Shown here one piece after another: positions 27,703-41,387 of a stretch of 64,000 bases of DNA (position 1 is its first letter; each line of letters opens with the position of its first letter). Position numbers and translations under genes: made by a program. The notes under the pieces are model-generated. The model made no database searches and was not told where the DNA came from. It saw nothing but the letters and a program-made list of their open reading frames with translations. Source of the DNA: Chrysomallon squamiferum (taxonomy: Eukaryota; Animalia; Mollusca); contig CM022670.1 in the NCBI GenBank assembly GCA_012295275.1, positions 22,506,001 to 22,570,000 on the forward strand, in the 5' to 3' direction.

Positions 27703-30700
27703 GTAAAACTAAATATGTGTAGCTTAAAGGCAGGTACAAAGAGGTTCGGTTGTGGTTCGACTCGCTAGCTGAATTCTCTGTTTTGAATGCACGTTCAACA
27801 TTAAGGATAAAAGAACTTGCTTGTCTGGTTTTCATGACATAATTATGAAATGTCTGACTCGACATGTTGTTGACAGCAGGCCTTCACCACTATCAGTTCG
27901 TTCACCTCTCTTCTTATTTTATATATATATATATATATATATATTTCTCTCTTCCTCTTCCTTTCTCTTTAAGAAGAATAGCCTCTAAAGTAATACAAAT
28001 GTAATTTTGCATATAGCTTTAAAAGCTGAATATTAGAATATATTTTGTCTCAGTATTAATTTTATTATTATTATTTTTGCAATAATCTGTCTGCACGTAC
28101 ATTTGTGTGTGCACGTGTATATGTGATTCTGGTGCCAATAAAAGTAATATTTAGGTTAACGAACTAAATTTCAAGTCTACCAAATCAAAAATGTCAATGG
28201 ATTGGAGTAAACAGTAGTGCTGATTCTGCTGATTTCACGGGGAAATATTCAGCTCAGTTCAAATGCTGTTTATTCGTTTTATATAGATCTATAATTACGA
28301 TAAAGCTTATTGGACACTAGTCTGGTCTGTAGTGGTTCAGTTTAAAAGCACGACTCGAGAGTATCGATTTATATCTGACGAAGCCACATATGTGCATATT
28401 ATAATATCGAGAAAATATGTGAAATATTTATATGACATGTACAGTATGTATTAACACATCGAGGAAGTATGTAAAATATTTGTATCGATGTATACATGTA
28501 TAGCAAAGCTGAATCATATTTTTACTAATGTTTATACAGAAATACTGAGAGAATATAAATATTACCGGTAGTAGTACAATAATATTTTATTAGACATAAA
28601 TGAATATAAAAGACTGCCAGAGAGAATGTCGTTGGATATATGGAAGAATGTACATAAAATTATGCATGGATGGCTATGTAAGAAAATGGATGAAGTAATG
28701 TAGATTAAAATCTAACAAAGGAAACATTTTGCACATCGTTACACTGATAACAATAATTTGAATTTAAAAAAATATTTTTCAAGAAGTCTGAATAACAGAT
28801 TACGAATACTGTTTTACTGTTAGAGATACAATCGCAGGGTTGCATATTAAGTGTTTTGGCAGGTTCTCCTATATCGTGTCCCCCACAAGATATCAACAGT
28901 GTACAGTTACAACATGTTTACGATTGCGTGAGGCTGTATAAACAGAGCTGCTATTGTTACAGCGCTGTAAATCAATAATCTGATAGCTGTAATTAACAGC
29001 TCTCTAATTATACGTTGTCTGACTGTAGGCATAGAGCCATTGTTCAAGACAATCTACGCCTTCTTGGGGGTTTTTTCTTATACTTTTTTTTTATTTATTA
29101 TTTATCTAGATGATAAGTTATTTTGTTGGCAATTTCATGAGACATCAGTGTACAGAATTTATAAAAGTCTTGGTGTATTATAGCTTACCACAACAATGTA
29201 CATGAATGAACAGATTATTTTAGCAACTATTAATATTTCTACCACTATCTTAATTATTTTTGCTTTTAGCACTACTACTACTACTACTAATAATAATAAT
29301 ATTATTATTATTATTACCACTATTTCTACTAACGCGAGCACCATTGTATCATCATTGTTTATTATTATTTTATTTTTATTATTTTATTATTATTAGTAGT
29401 AGTAGTAGTAGTAGTAGTTATTTTAAATTGTGCAGTTAACAAACTGCTTCCATGATGGCCGATCTTTTGGAAATTTGTGAAGTGTTCTAACATCTTTTAG
29501 TGCAGTCATATAAGGTGTAGATGTTTACCTTTTTCTTTTCTTTTTTTTTAATTTTTTTTTTAAATTTAAAACAGAAACAGGTGGGTGAAAAATCGATTAC
29601 TTTTGACGTACCATTGTTTTCAATATTACTTCTGCTTTCATAGCGACCATACCTAATTGTTTTGAATTGAACTTGTGTGAAGTCGCATTTGGTTATGTAA
29701 CACTTTGCTTGCTGGTGGTTTTACAAAATGTGTATCGATTATTGCGAATATAGTAAAAACCAACCATCGGATGAAAACAAAATTTTGTAGGGTTGATATG
29801 TATTATGAATGGGGGTACAAAGCAATAGTCTAATATATTTTTCATGTTTATTGCTCTTTAAGGGAAGCCATCATACCTTTGTTGTGTGTCATTACTGGGT
29901 TCATGAGAACAATAGCAATCAACAAAACTAAATTTTAGTTGAAAAAAAAAAGTTAAAATAAAAAACCTTTTTTAACTGAGTTGGTAAGCATTTCAAATTT
30001 AGGTTTTGTCCACAATTCTGATTAAGGTGTTGACTTTTCTACAGTGGAGTTTTGTAATTAGGGTTTTGTCCTGTGGAGTTTTTTCACGATCTATCTTCAT
30101 CATCTTAATAAAAATCTCATTTTCCTAGTCATATCTATCATTTGAAAAGATCATATTTTTAAAAATAACTATTTGTTGAGAACACTAAAGAAGAAACCAG
30201 GTTCAGATATTTCAGTGGCAGATAAATGACACCAAGTCAAGTAATATACTTAAGTAAATAAGAAAAGCCCTTATAGCGCCTACTGTTTACAACAGTTTTC
30301 TTTATCTTTTAAATGTAAAACTGACCTTTACTATTTTATTCATACTCTGGACTTTTTAGCTTTGTTTATTGCACAACGATCTTAACATATGGAATGTAAT
30401 ATGCGGGCAGATAAGAAAATGTCAACCTGATATTTTTACATCGTTGTTCGTAATGCGCATAGGTCAAACAACATGCAAGCTGTAACAGTAAATTGCTGTT
30501 ATTATGTCGTGTTTTTAACGGAGCACTTCGTTTACCGTTACTTCAAAGGTCCCACCCACAGGTCAGAGTAGCCCAGTAGCAGGGTGTGACCTGTCTGACC
30601 CCGTTTCCATTGTTATTATTATTTTTTTAAATTTTGAATTACATTTCGCAACACCTCAGTGATTCTTTTTAATGCATTGCGTTACATCTTTAAATGTATA

Positions 30701-33008
30701 TTAATGAAAACATGACGTACATCCTCTTTACGAAATCCGGATGTGTTCCTGAGATATAAAGTTATTATTTTGTGGAAGAAATACGACATATTCAAACTGT
30801 TTAGTTTAGAATTTAAACCCCTAATTGTCTGTCATTGTTTTAAATGGGATTGAACACTGTAAAAATGCATTAGTCTGGCTTTTTGTGAAACTGAATGATA
30901 ACTATCAAAACAAAACATCATGTTTACAGACCAATACAATGATATATATATTAAAAATAATTAAAATCTGTGTACAGAAGTTTCCAGATAGGAATAGTTT
31001 TCAGGCGACAACAAAGAAATTATTGATTAATCATAATGAGTGTTTTATAAATAACAAATATTGAATTTACTCTTATTTTTCATGGTTTTCCACATGAAAA
31101 GAACTCTGTGACGACGACTACGTGATAATTTACACGGTAAATACTAATGCCGTGATCATGTATGCCGTTCTGCATCCCGCTAACTGTGACGAGAATAAAT
31201 TAGGACGTCGACAAAAAGCGAAAATCTGCGACAGGCACGAAACTGACAAATTATAGATGTACATTTTTCACAGATAACAGTGAAGTCGGCGGCGAGGTGT
31301 GTGTCTGTTGAAAGGGTTTTATACCTGCTTTCGTGTGCTTGTATCTTTCTTTTGTTTGCACAGTCAAGCCCGCCTCTCTTATGTACCTTGAGAGATCGGA
31401 AACCGCGTTATGAATTTTGTTCCTGTTTGTAATAGTAGTAGTAGTAGTGAAAGCAATAGTGGTGGGAACTGTTGTTGTAGTAGTGATTAGTAGTTGTTGT
31501 ATTAAAGTTAATAACAGTGTGTGTTTGTGTGTGTGTATGTGTGTGTGGTAAGTATGCAACGTCTAATGAACATTTGTAAACATTTTATTTGTAATATTTG
31601 ATTTAAAATCGGAAACTCTTTTAAATTTTGTTTTTCATTACCATACCGTACAGTTTTAACATTTCTTCTTTTTTTCTCTCTCTCTCTTCTGTTGTTTTGT
31701 AAACAACACATTTATTTTTTAAACAGCGCCTTACTTTTACCTTTCATTTCACCAGCTGTTATGACATACCATCATACTCTTTACATACTCTTCTGGAGCT
31801 TAATTATATCAGCGCATCTTGTAAACCGCTAAAGTTTTGAAGGTTTGCCAACTTGAAACGTCACGGCGACTGCGAAATTATTTTCAATAGAAGCGGTTAT
31901 CACGTTAAAGGTCCACGTTTTAGGTTAGCATGTCCTGGTAATTGGAGGGAAAAACTGTCAGGAGTTGTAAAATGATACAGGAAAGCGTGCGTGCGTCAAT
32001 GTGCGGTAAGTTCTTTAGGGTTCATCAAAGCAAACCGAGCGCATATATAAATGACATTGACATTGAAACGAACATATGTGGCAAGTTCAAATACAATTAC
32101 TCTATATATTGATTGCACCGGTGTTTATGAATCGCTTAAGGCGGGTTTACACACTGCGATTTCAATAAACCAAACTTGGTTGACCTGCCTCATCATCTAA
32201 AACGATACCTTAGGCTCGTAAAAAAAAAATATATATATATATATATAAAATAATAAAATAAAAAAAAAATCCCATGACGTCTTAACATTTCAGAGCCTTA
32301 TCGTTTATAATTGTGTAATATATTTAGTCAGTAATTTTATTTAAACTGCCTCCTTATCTTACAGTGTAAGAGATAGGTGGGTTGTAAAATAGCACATTTT
32401 AATAATGTTTATAACCACGTAATATATTTCATTCAGAAGCTCCCTTATTTATGCTAGGCTTTATCTATAAATGAAATTGATAGCTTGGTTGTTAGACTTC
32501 GTTTCAAATCTAAAACAATTACCTTCGAAGAAAAGTAAAGACTGTTAAAAGGCTGTGATAAATAAAATACATTTAACTCACTGTTAACCCTAGGATAATT
32601 ATGCTGTTGTGTTAAGAATGTTAGCAATCTAGTACAAACCGAGAAAGTAGTTGAAGTTATCACAACATGAACCGCCTCACAAATATCAAGAGTTGGCTGA
32701 ACAACAAACGATATTAGAGATCGTTAGTACAAGTTTTACTGTGAGAATGTGCCATCAGATACCTGAATCGAACAATACGCGCTGGGCTGGCGACATGCTG
32801 TCTGTACAAGCTGGTACACACTTGTACACATCGTGTGTTGTGTGTGGAATGTTCAGATTTGTACCGATATCACTTTTTTTTTAAAGCTCCATTTATAACA
32901 AATTATATGAATAACAAGTGACACATTTATACGTCCATTTGAATTATTCCGTTTTGAAGAATTCAGTATTTTCTTTTTAAACTATTTGTTTGTTTGTTTG
33001 TTTGTTTG

Positions 33009-33047
<39 letters not shown>

Positions 33048-33085
33048 TTTTTTTTAAAATTACATTTTTTTTTGTATTATATATT

Positions 33086-33170
<85 letters not shown>

Positions 33171-36100
33171 ATGTGTGCGCGCGTGATATACGCCCTCTTA
33201 TGATCTGACTCAGGTTTTTGTTACGTTTGTTTAATGAATCTGTAAACAAATTTGCCTGGCAGCTGAAGAAAACCCATCAATAATGAACAGTAAAACAAAA
33301 AACAAAAAAACAAAAACTGAATAAAAAAGAAAGACGAAGAAAAAGAATTATAACCCCCCAATAAAACCAACAACAACAACAAAAAAAAACCCACAAAAAA
33401 ACCCACAAAAAAAACCAAACAACAGTTGTGCTTGTTTATATTGACACTCTTTAAATAACTGTACATTCTTTTCACTTGTTTACTTCTTTCTGGTGTTGAT
33501 GAATGCTTTAAAACACACGTCAGTTAATAGTGTTTCTCTCATACATCATTGTCTAGTACAGTAATTGTCAAATCGATAGAGCACTTGTAAAATCGAAACT
33601 GTGTCTACTGAATACGTTACTGACACTTAACCTGTCGTCGTATTGTACTGTCAAGAATACAGACATATTAGTAATCACTGTTCAAACTGTGGAAACATGA
33701 TGGTTTTGTTTTTTTCGCGTTGTTTTGCAGGTACAAAAAAACATACTGTTTACACCATATTACACTGAAAATACATTAAACCACACCATCTAATGCCACA
33801 TGCTATCACAACCATACAATACATATACGTATATTTACATACGTACTTTAACTTGAATATTTGCATACATAGCATGCTGGTCAGGGCTAAAAAGTAGTGA
33901 CACATCGAGAAGTACTACACAATTGTTGCCTTTGGCTCGAGTAACTACAAAAGAAATAAAAAGAAAAGTAAGTCTCAAATATTCTGGAAAGTAACTCTTA
34001 CTCGTTAATTGCTAGAGAGATAATCGCATAGTTTACCGAGCAAAGAAAATCGATGTTTATGGAAATAAAAAGTCGACACATATCACGAAAAGTCCCGAAG
34101 TCTTAGCTGCTTTCATTGATCGGGGTGTTGATTGTACCATAAATCGTTGATGGTATTTTTTGCTTCGTGGAACATTTCAAGTCAGCACGAAGGTTTGGTG
34201 AAAAGATATTAAAAAAAAAAATGATACTACAATAAACAGGACACGGGAATGCCATTTTATCTCAGATAACGGCGTGTTATAGCAACTGACCATTTCTGGT
34301 TTGGGTGATAAAAAATTCGAAATCGTTTTCCGTCGTGGGCGTGAAAGAAACAGCGAACGGAAACAATATGAGTTATATCTTATTTCACCTGTTAATTAGT
34401 TTTCACTTCAAGGTCAGCAAGACCTCCAGAACATGACTTTTGTTTATATGTGTGTTTGTGTTTAAGTGTCAGTGTGTATTTTTGTTTACTTTGTATACCG
34501 GTATATATCTGTTTATGTGTATATCTCTGTGCGCGGTGAAACAACAAATATAAATTTATTAAAAATGTCTACATATGCACTTTTGAATATCGTTTATTTT
34601 TTTCTATCCTATACATAACAAATGAATTAAATTGTTGTAAAATGAATTCCCCTGAATTGTAAGGCTTAAAACTAAAAAATGCATTGTTTTTTTTTTTTTT
34701 TTTTTATATATATATATATTTATAAAATTAGTAATACAACAAATGTCAGTTTGAAGTTAATTAAGTTTATCATGTCACAATACATTAGATCTAAATCTCC
34801 TGAATCTGTCTGTTCGAATGACTGGTTGAATAAGAAGGAATTACAATAACACCTGCCCGTTAAAATTACCAAGCATCAAAATGGAACCCCCATTTGCTTC
34901 CTGGCATAGTAGTGTATTTCAGCCAAGCACGTGCAGCTATTATTATAATTCACCATATTCGTTGCCAGGATTGAGAGGAAAACAGTCACGTGACTAACAT
35001 GTATCTCAGCAAGGTAAAACAGCTTGTGGAAAAGATGGAATCTTTGAGATTGTGCCAACTTTAAGATAACATGTTTAAGTGTGGTTAGACTTTTTTTTTT
35101 TTTTTTTTTTTTTTTGTTTAACCTCTCTCTAATTTAAAAAACCCAAAATAAAACAATTAAGTATCTGTTCCTGCTATGAGCATATTTTATCGTGAACAGT
35201 TTGAACTCTTTAAAAAAGCATAAAGCAACAACCTTTAAATTTTATTTTTCTGTACCTGGCACGTGCTTAACCTTTACTCTGTGCGTCAGAGAAAGGAAAC
35301 ACATCAGTATATATAAGTAATTAGACATAATTTAATCAAATAGAATACTGAAACCGCCTTCATTGTGTTACAGCAAATAACTATCTACCGCTGCTAGATA
35401 GAGATTTGGTATCCTACAGATAACTGCTTTTATTTTCTTTTTTTTTTTTTTTTTTTTTTTCAAAGTTAGGGTTTATCGGTTTAAATAACATTAAACTTCG
35501 TAGAATTCAATTATAAAAACAAGATAGACGATGCAAAACTGAAAGACAGTAAGATATGAGTACAGTTGTGGCATTCAAACAGACTAAGTAGCATCAACAG
35601 ATGGACCGAATCAACCTCTGGATGAGGTTCTGCGATATCCTTTGTCATTCATGCAGAAGTGCAAGCACATGATTTCGAACGTACTGGAACGTTGTTGAAG
35701 ACGTTGTCCCATTTAATCCTACACATGCTTTACTGGAGCAAGGTCGGCAGATACGGAGGTTATGTTTACTTTGCCAAACACTTCATGGATAACGTCGCAG
35801 TAAGAGCTCATGCGCAGTCCTGATGAGAGGGGTGCAGTTGTCGGTGAGCATTAAAATGACATCTGTTCTCAACACAAAGCAGTTGCGTGGTATACGTGTT
35901 CTGTTATTATAACTTGTTCCATCCCAGGTCTTTATAAACTGTAACTGTCTTACTTATTACAACTGACATTTTACATGTTAAGGGTCTTTTTACATTATAA
36001 ATGTCTGTATACACTATAGCTGTCGTATACAGTGTAACTAACTGTATACACTGTAACTGTCTGAATAGATTATAACTGTTACACAGATTGTAACTGTCTT

Positions 36101-36215
36101 TAAACAATGCCTTTAAGATCTGTAACAGTTGTTTTTATACAATATATCATGACTTGGAATTATAAAAACCTATGTCTTAGTTATGAGCTCAGTGATGCTA
36201 TTACTACTACAACTA

Positions 36216-36304
<89 letters not shown>

Positions 36305-36787
36305 ATTTCCATTAAAAATTATTCAAGTAGAATTTAATTAAAAAGGGGCTTTTGAAGGAGGCAAAGTTAAAAGTGCACTTTCATAACTTTATAAATATCT
36401 TAAATAATTGTATCAAAATATTATTCATCCCCATTATTTTATTATAAACATTCTTACTCCTCCTGTGGTTAAAAATAAATTATTGAACAACTGTTACGAG
36501 GTTTTACAGGTAACACAATAATCGTGTTCACGTTGAATCATCACAGTAACAGGTGTGGCCATTTCGTACTGTTATTCCCAGAGACGTTGCATGTTCCTTA
36601 TCTTTGATATAGCGAGGTGTATTTCACCGGAATACCGCGAGTTCTTGGCAGCATTCAACGGTGTATTTCTCTGCTAGATGATAGATGCAAGATGTGTGGT
36701 AAACGTCAATATGTTACAGCCAGCAAGAGCCAATAAGGATCATATATATGTTATTGTTTCTGTCATAGTGTTAAGCAGATTGCAGAA

Positions 36788-37182
36788 TGGTGGAGTAATA
36801 TCAGTTGTTTGTAGCATGGTGGCATAATACGTTGTTTGTAACGTAGTGGAATAATATCAGTTGTTTGTAGCATGGTGGCATAATAAGCTGTTTGTAATGT
36901 AGTGGAATAATATCAGTTGTTTGTAGTTGGTGGCATAATAAGTTGTTTGTAATGTAGTGGAATAAATTCAGTTGTTTGTAGCATGGTGGCATAATAAGTT
37001 GTTTGTAAATTGGCATAATGAGTTGTTTGTAATATAGTGGCATAATAAATTTTTGTAATATAGTGACATAATAAGTTGTTTGTAATATAGTGACATAATA
37101 AATTATTTGTAACATGGTGGCATAATAAATTGTTTATAACATGGTGACATAATACATTTTTGTAATATAGTGGCATAATAAC
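36788..37182. repeat. Minisatellite, ~14 copies of a 24-29 bp unit (ATAATAAGTTGTTTGTAATRTAGTGGC-like)
   Basis: Directly visible tandem units; explains repetitive ORFs 36801-37115 and 36913-37224. Confidence 0.95.
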
Positions 37183-37465
37183 AGTTATTAGTATTATGGT
37201 GAAATGTGAGGTGTTTTTGTTCATTCTTTAATTAATCCTCATATTAATGTAATGAGGTTAATTAGATCTAAGTCACTGATTTAGACGTCTTAATTAAACT
37301 TCATGAAATGTTAACTGGAAAACCAGTCTTTTGCAGTTTAACTCACAGAAATAAAATATACACTAGTGTAGTGTAATACATACAGTGCATTACAAAACTA
37401 TACAGGACATGTATACTGTATACAGTGTAGTGTCGTGCAAAAAACAGTGCATAGAATAATACAAA

Positions 37466-37725
37466 CAGTGGCGTACAGGGGGGAGCCGAAGAGGCGGTGG
37501 CCCCGGGCATCCAAATTCGGGGGGGGGGCATCCACTCAGAAAAAAGAACTTAATAAATTTGGTTGATTTATATTTAAATCGAATAAAGTATTTATTTTAT
37601 GTTTCATCTGTGTTTACATATTCAAAATATCTTCCTTTCTGAGTACTTGGCCTTAGACTTGAGTCTTTGGGGCATACAATCAAGGAATTGGCCCCGGACA
37701 TCACCAGTATCTCTGCACGGCACTG
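37466..37725. mobile_element. hAT-type MITE (~260 bp)
   Basis: Imperfect TIRs CAGTGGCGTACAG / CTGCACGGCACTG, GC-rich subterminal GGCCCCGG/GGGGCAT motifs at both ends, degenerate 8-bp TSD aatacaaa/agtacaag. Confidence 0.75.
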
Positions 37726-38418
37726 AGTACAAGTCATTACTATTTGATTTACTTTTCATTCAGCAAGTTTTAATTTTAATCTTCAGACCTTTAAGAATAG
37801 TTTCTTTCAGTTTTGTTTTATTTGTATTGCATTGCATTATATTGTAATGATTAATTTGTCTTCTATTAGTAGACATACAAGTGGTTGACATTAGTTGTGT
37901 CAGGTCAGTATTTTAACGTAGCCATCTCCGCTTGTGTTTAACAACTTCTCTGTTGTATTCACTGCTGACAGAACGAGAGAGGCGTCTCGTCGGGTGTTCG
38001 TGTGTGTGTTCACGCTGGAAATAACCTTGTGTGGGCGGGATGAACTAATACAGGCTGCAGCATATCCTGCTTCGGTTGTTTTGATCCTTCAAAACCGAAC
38101 GCTTAACACGCTAATTACTAAAGAACAAGAAAAGCAATTATGCATGTTAGAACTCTGAGTATAAACAGTGTATTGTATTAAAGAAGCAATCACAAAACGA
38201 TTTCGTGAAAATTCCAGAACTGTTTCAACTTAACTACGTCTTAAAGGTTTTCATTACAGCTTCTTTTTTCTTTTTTTTTTTTTTTTTTCTTTCTTCTACT
38301 TTTTCTTTTTGTTTGTTAGTTTGTTACGTGTGTGTTTGTTTCTTCTTCTTTCTGTTAAACTATTCTGAAATGTAATTCTAGACTGTTTTGGATTTTTAAA
38401 ATGTGCACCTGTTTGTGT

Positions 38419-38420
<2 letters not shown>

Positions 38421-38496
<76 letters not shown>
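38421..38496. repeat. (GT)n microsatellite
   Basis: Direct observation; another at 58010-58052. Confidence 0.97.
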
Positions 38497-38499
<3 letters not shown>

Positions 38500-39386
38500 T
38501 GTATTTATTTACATATCGTTGTTTTTAATCAGTTTCGTGAATGGGCACTTAATTTTTTTTTACAAATCGGTAATAAAAGTAGCTTCAGTTCTGTTTTCTT
38601 AGGTTCCAAATATTTTAGAAGCAGTCATCACAAAGCCGAGGAAAACTTGTCCGTTTTTTTCAGTTTCCATCAATCAGCCCATGTTAATGTTCGTAAAGGT
38701 CGACTGGTATCAATATCAACAATAAACTCAGCACTGTTGTACACCACTGCTTCGCTTCTAACGACGTTTTCCGCAAAATAAACTGATTCCGTTTGGCAGC
38801 GTTCTTCTCAAATTATGATACCAACAGCGAAAAATTAATCAAAACCACTGGTTATTTTCCTACATGTATAAAAGCTGCACTCAGCTTCAAAGGCAATCTC
38901 TGCAGGTTATTATGATCTGTTTCAGAGACATTCTGATTTCATAAGAACGTGATGAAACCCAGGTTCCAGCACAATCTTGTTAACGCGAGTCCCAGTCGAA
39001 GAATCGATGGCCCGAAATCGTCTGCTTGGACTTTATGATTGTAAAATTATGTATGATAACTAACAGATGTTCTTTTAAAATTTTCTTTTTATTAGCGCCG
39101 ATGTTGTTAGGCCTATCATAAATCGATAAAACATTATAGAAATAACGTGGTTAAGGATGATTTAAAAAATGTGTATAATATTACAGAAATTAATACCTGA
39201 GCGTGCTATCAAAGGCGTTTAGTTTTTCACATACTAGTAATAAAATGACTTTAGATGGAAATGAAGCCTTTATGGCTACTGATGGTTTATTCATGGACAT
39301 ATATCCAAGTTTTAATTTATATTGATTATATTGATATGTTTAATTATGTCACATAGACAGTCTTCTTCAAAAATGCCTATTTAGTT

Positions 39387-39436
<50 letters not shown>

Positions 39437-39783
39437 TAATAATAATAATAATAATAATGATAATAATAATAATATAATTACTAACAACACTAATTAATAA
39501 ATGATTCATGTATTAAAAGATGTCCCATTATATATACATATACATTTTTTCAGTGTATTTGATATTAGCTTTGAGTGGAGATTTGTGAAATGTTTTAATT
39601 TCTTGTTTCATGCTGGAGAGAGACTGCTGTTGAACTTTTTTGTTTGATTTTTTCTGTTGCAACAGCAATGATATCGCTTATGTGAAACTTCATAATAGAC
39701 TGGCATCCATAGAAAACGACACACAGAATAAGAAACCGGTCGAAACTCGCATTAAGACCGCGGTGGACTCTAACGAAAATAAC

Positions 39784-39833
39784 ATGATTGTTACGAAAGA
39801 GGTTCCCTGCTGGCCAGTGCGCAGGACACAAAG
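39784..39833 (+). CDS. CaaX gene: alternative first coding exon B (MIVTKEVPCWPVRRTQ-S)
   Basis: aacATG start, strong donor AAG|GTAAGC, phase 2, within a locally GC/CpG-rich patch. Confidence 0.6.
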
Positions 39834-41356
39834 GTAAGCGGCAGATTGTGGTGGCATGCAGACTGGCTTCTTGTGCTTTGCTCTCAGTCGAAACGTTGCC
39901 AAGAAACCAGTCTAACCGGAAATCTGTTCGTCTGTCAGTGACTCCTTGTGCCCTCTCTCTCTCCTACCCCCCCTCTGTTAACGAGTTAAACTTCTTGTGA
40001 ACTAACATTCGTGTGGTTTAGATGTCGTCAGTAATTAACAAGCTGTCGTGTGGTCTTCGTGTCAGTGGGTTCACCTCGCTAACTTAATACATTTGAAACG
40101 TTGTTGATGTTGTAGTTGTTTGTTCTGTTTCGACATACGCTCTGTATTAATCAGACCGTTGGCATTTCAGGTTTTGACACTACCCCATGTAAATAAACAA
40201 AAAAAAAACAAATAATAATAATGAATAGTGAAAATAAAAACATTTCTGAGTCAACTTGTTGGAATCTAACAAATAGCCTGATAATTTTTTTTTTTTATTA
40301 TTATTTTTTTTTTTAAACGCCACATGCACACACACAAACACACCACTTTAAAATGTAAAATATAAATAAATTAATAAAATGCCTGTGCAAAACTTCATCA
40401 CATGGTCTCAGAAGATCTGTAAATTATATTATGTTATTACCTGGGGGTTTGAAAATGCAATTTTGTAAACAGAAATATCTATTCTTGGAAGATATTTTAA
40501 ATATATTGTAATGGTGCTATTATTTTAACGTTAAAAAAAAAAAAAAAGCAATGTTATTATTACTTGAATATGTTTTTGTTTTCTTTCAATTTCTTATCTT
40601 TATTGTCTTATTACTTTTTTGTTATTATTATTGTCATCATCATTATTGTTATTTTTATTTCAACTCTAAATAACATAATTTTTATTATTTATTTATTTAT
40701 TTGTTTGTTTGTTTGTTTGTTTGTTATCCTGGGGTATAGTTAAACATTTGTTATTGTAGAATACATTCCTAAGTAGTATTTAACAAATTAATAGTTAAGT
40801 GTTTTATGTTTATATTATCTGTTTAATATAAAGTATATTTGTAACAGTTTAATTTAAGACTTCTAAAAACAAATTCATTTGTTTATTATTATTATCATCA
40901 TCATTATTATCATTATTATTATCATCATCACAATCATCATCATTATCAGCATCATCATCATCATGTTATTATTATTATTATTATCTTACTTTTTCCCCCA
41001 TTGATTCATTTGAGCCTGCAAATTCTAAGAATTAACCTAATTAAGGTTCACATGTGAAAATATTTCTTTTAATTCTCCTGCCTTTTGTAAATTTGATTAC
41101 TGTCAGAAAATAACGCAGCTAACGTTGACGTACTGTGTTAGAGAACGCGAGTTCGTCACTGTGTGCAGTTGATCTGCCAAAACCAGCAGCTTGTTTACTA
41201 ACAAGAGAAGTGGCATCTTTCCACATACCTCTGTGGAAGTCATTATGTGTATGGTTTCCATGTCAAGAACACATGCACTAATGTATGGCGAGTTCTGTCA
41301 GCGAAATATTTAATAACAGTAGTAGTAGTAGTAGTAGTAATAGTTGTTGTTGTTGC

Positions 41357-41387
<31 letters not shown>

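Noticed and set aside
31972-32011. ATG-containing segment before strong donor CG|GTAAGT
   Set aside because: Phase 1, so out of frame with downstream exons; could only be a non-coding exon and has no other support.
33882-34700. Possible DNA transposon starting CAGGGCT
   Set aside because: No matching opposite TIR, TSD or transposase ORF found.
36788-37182. CRISPR-like appearance of the ~28-bp repeat and its two repetitive ORFs
   Set aside because: Units are contiguous with no unique spacers, no cas genes are present and the context is eukaryotic.
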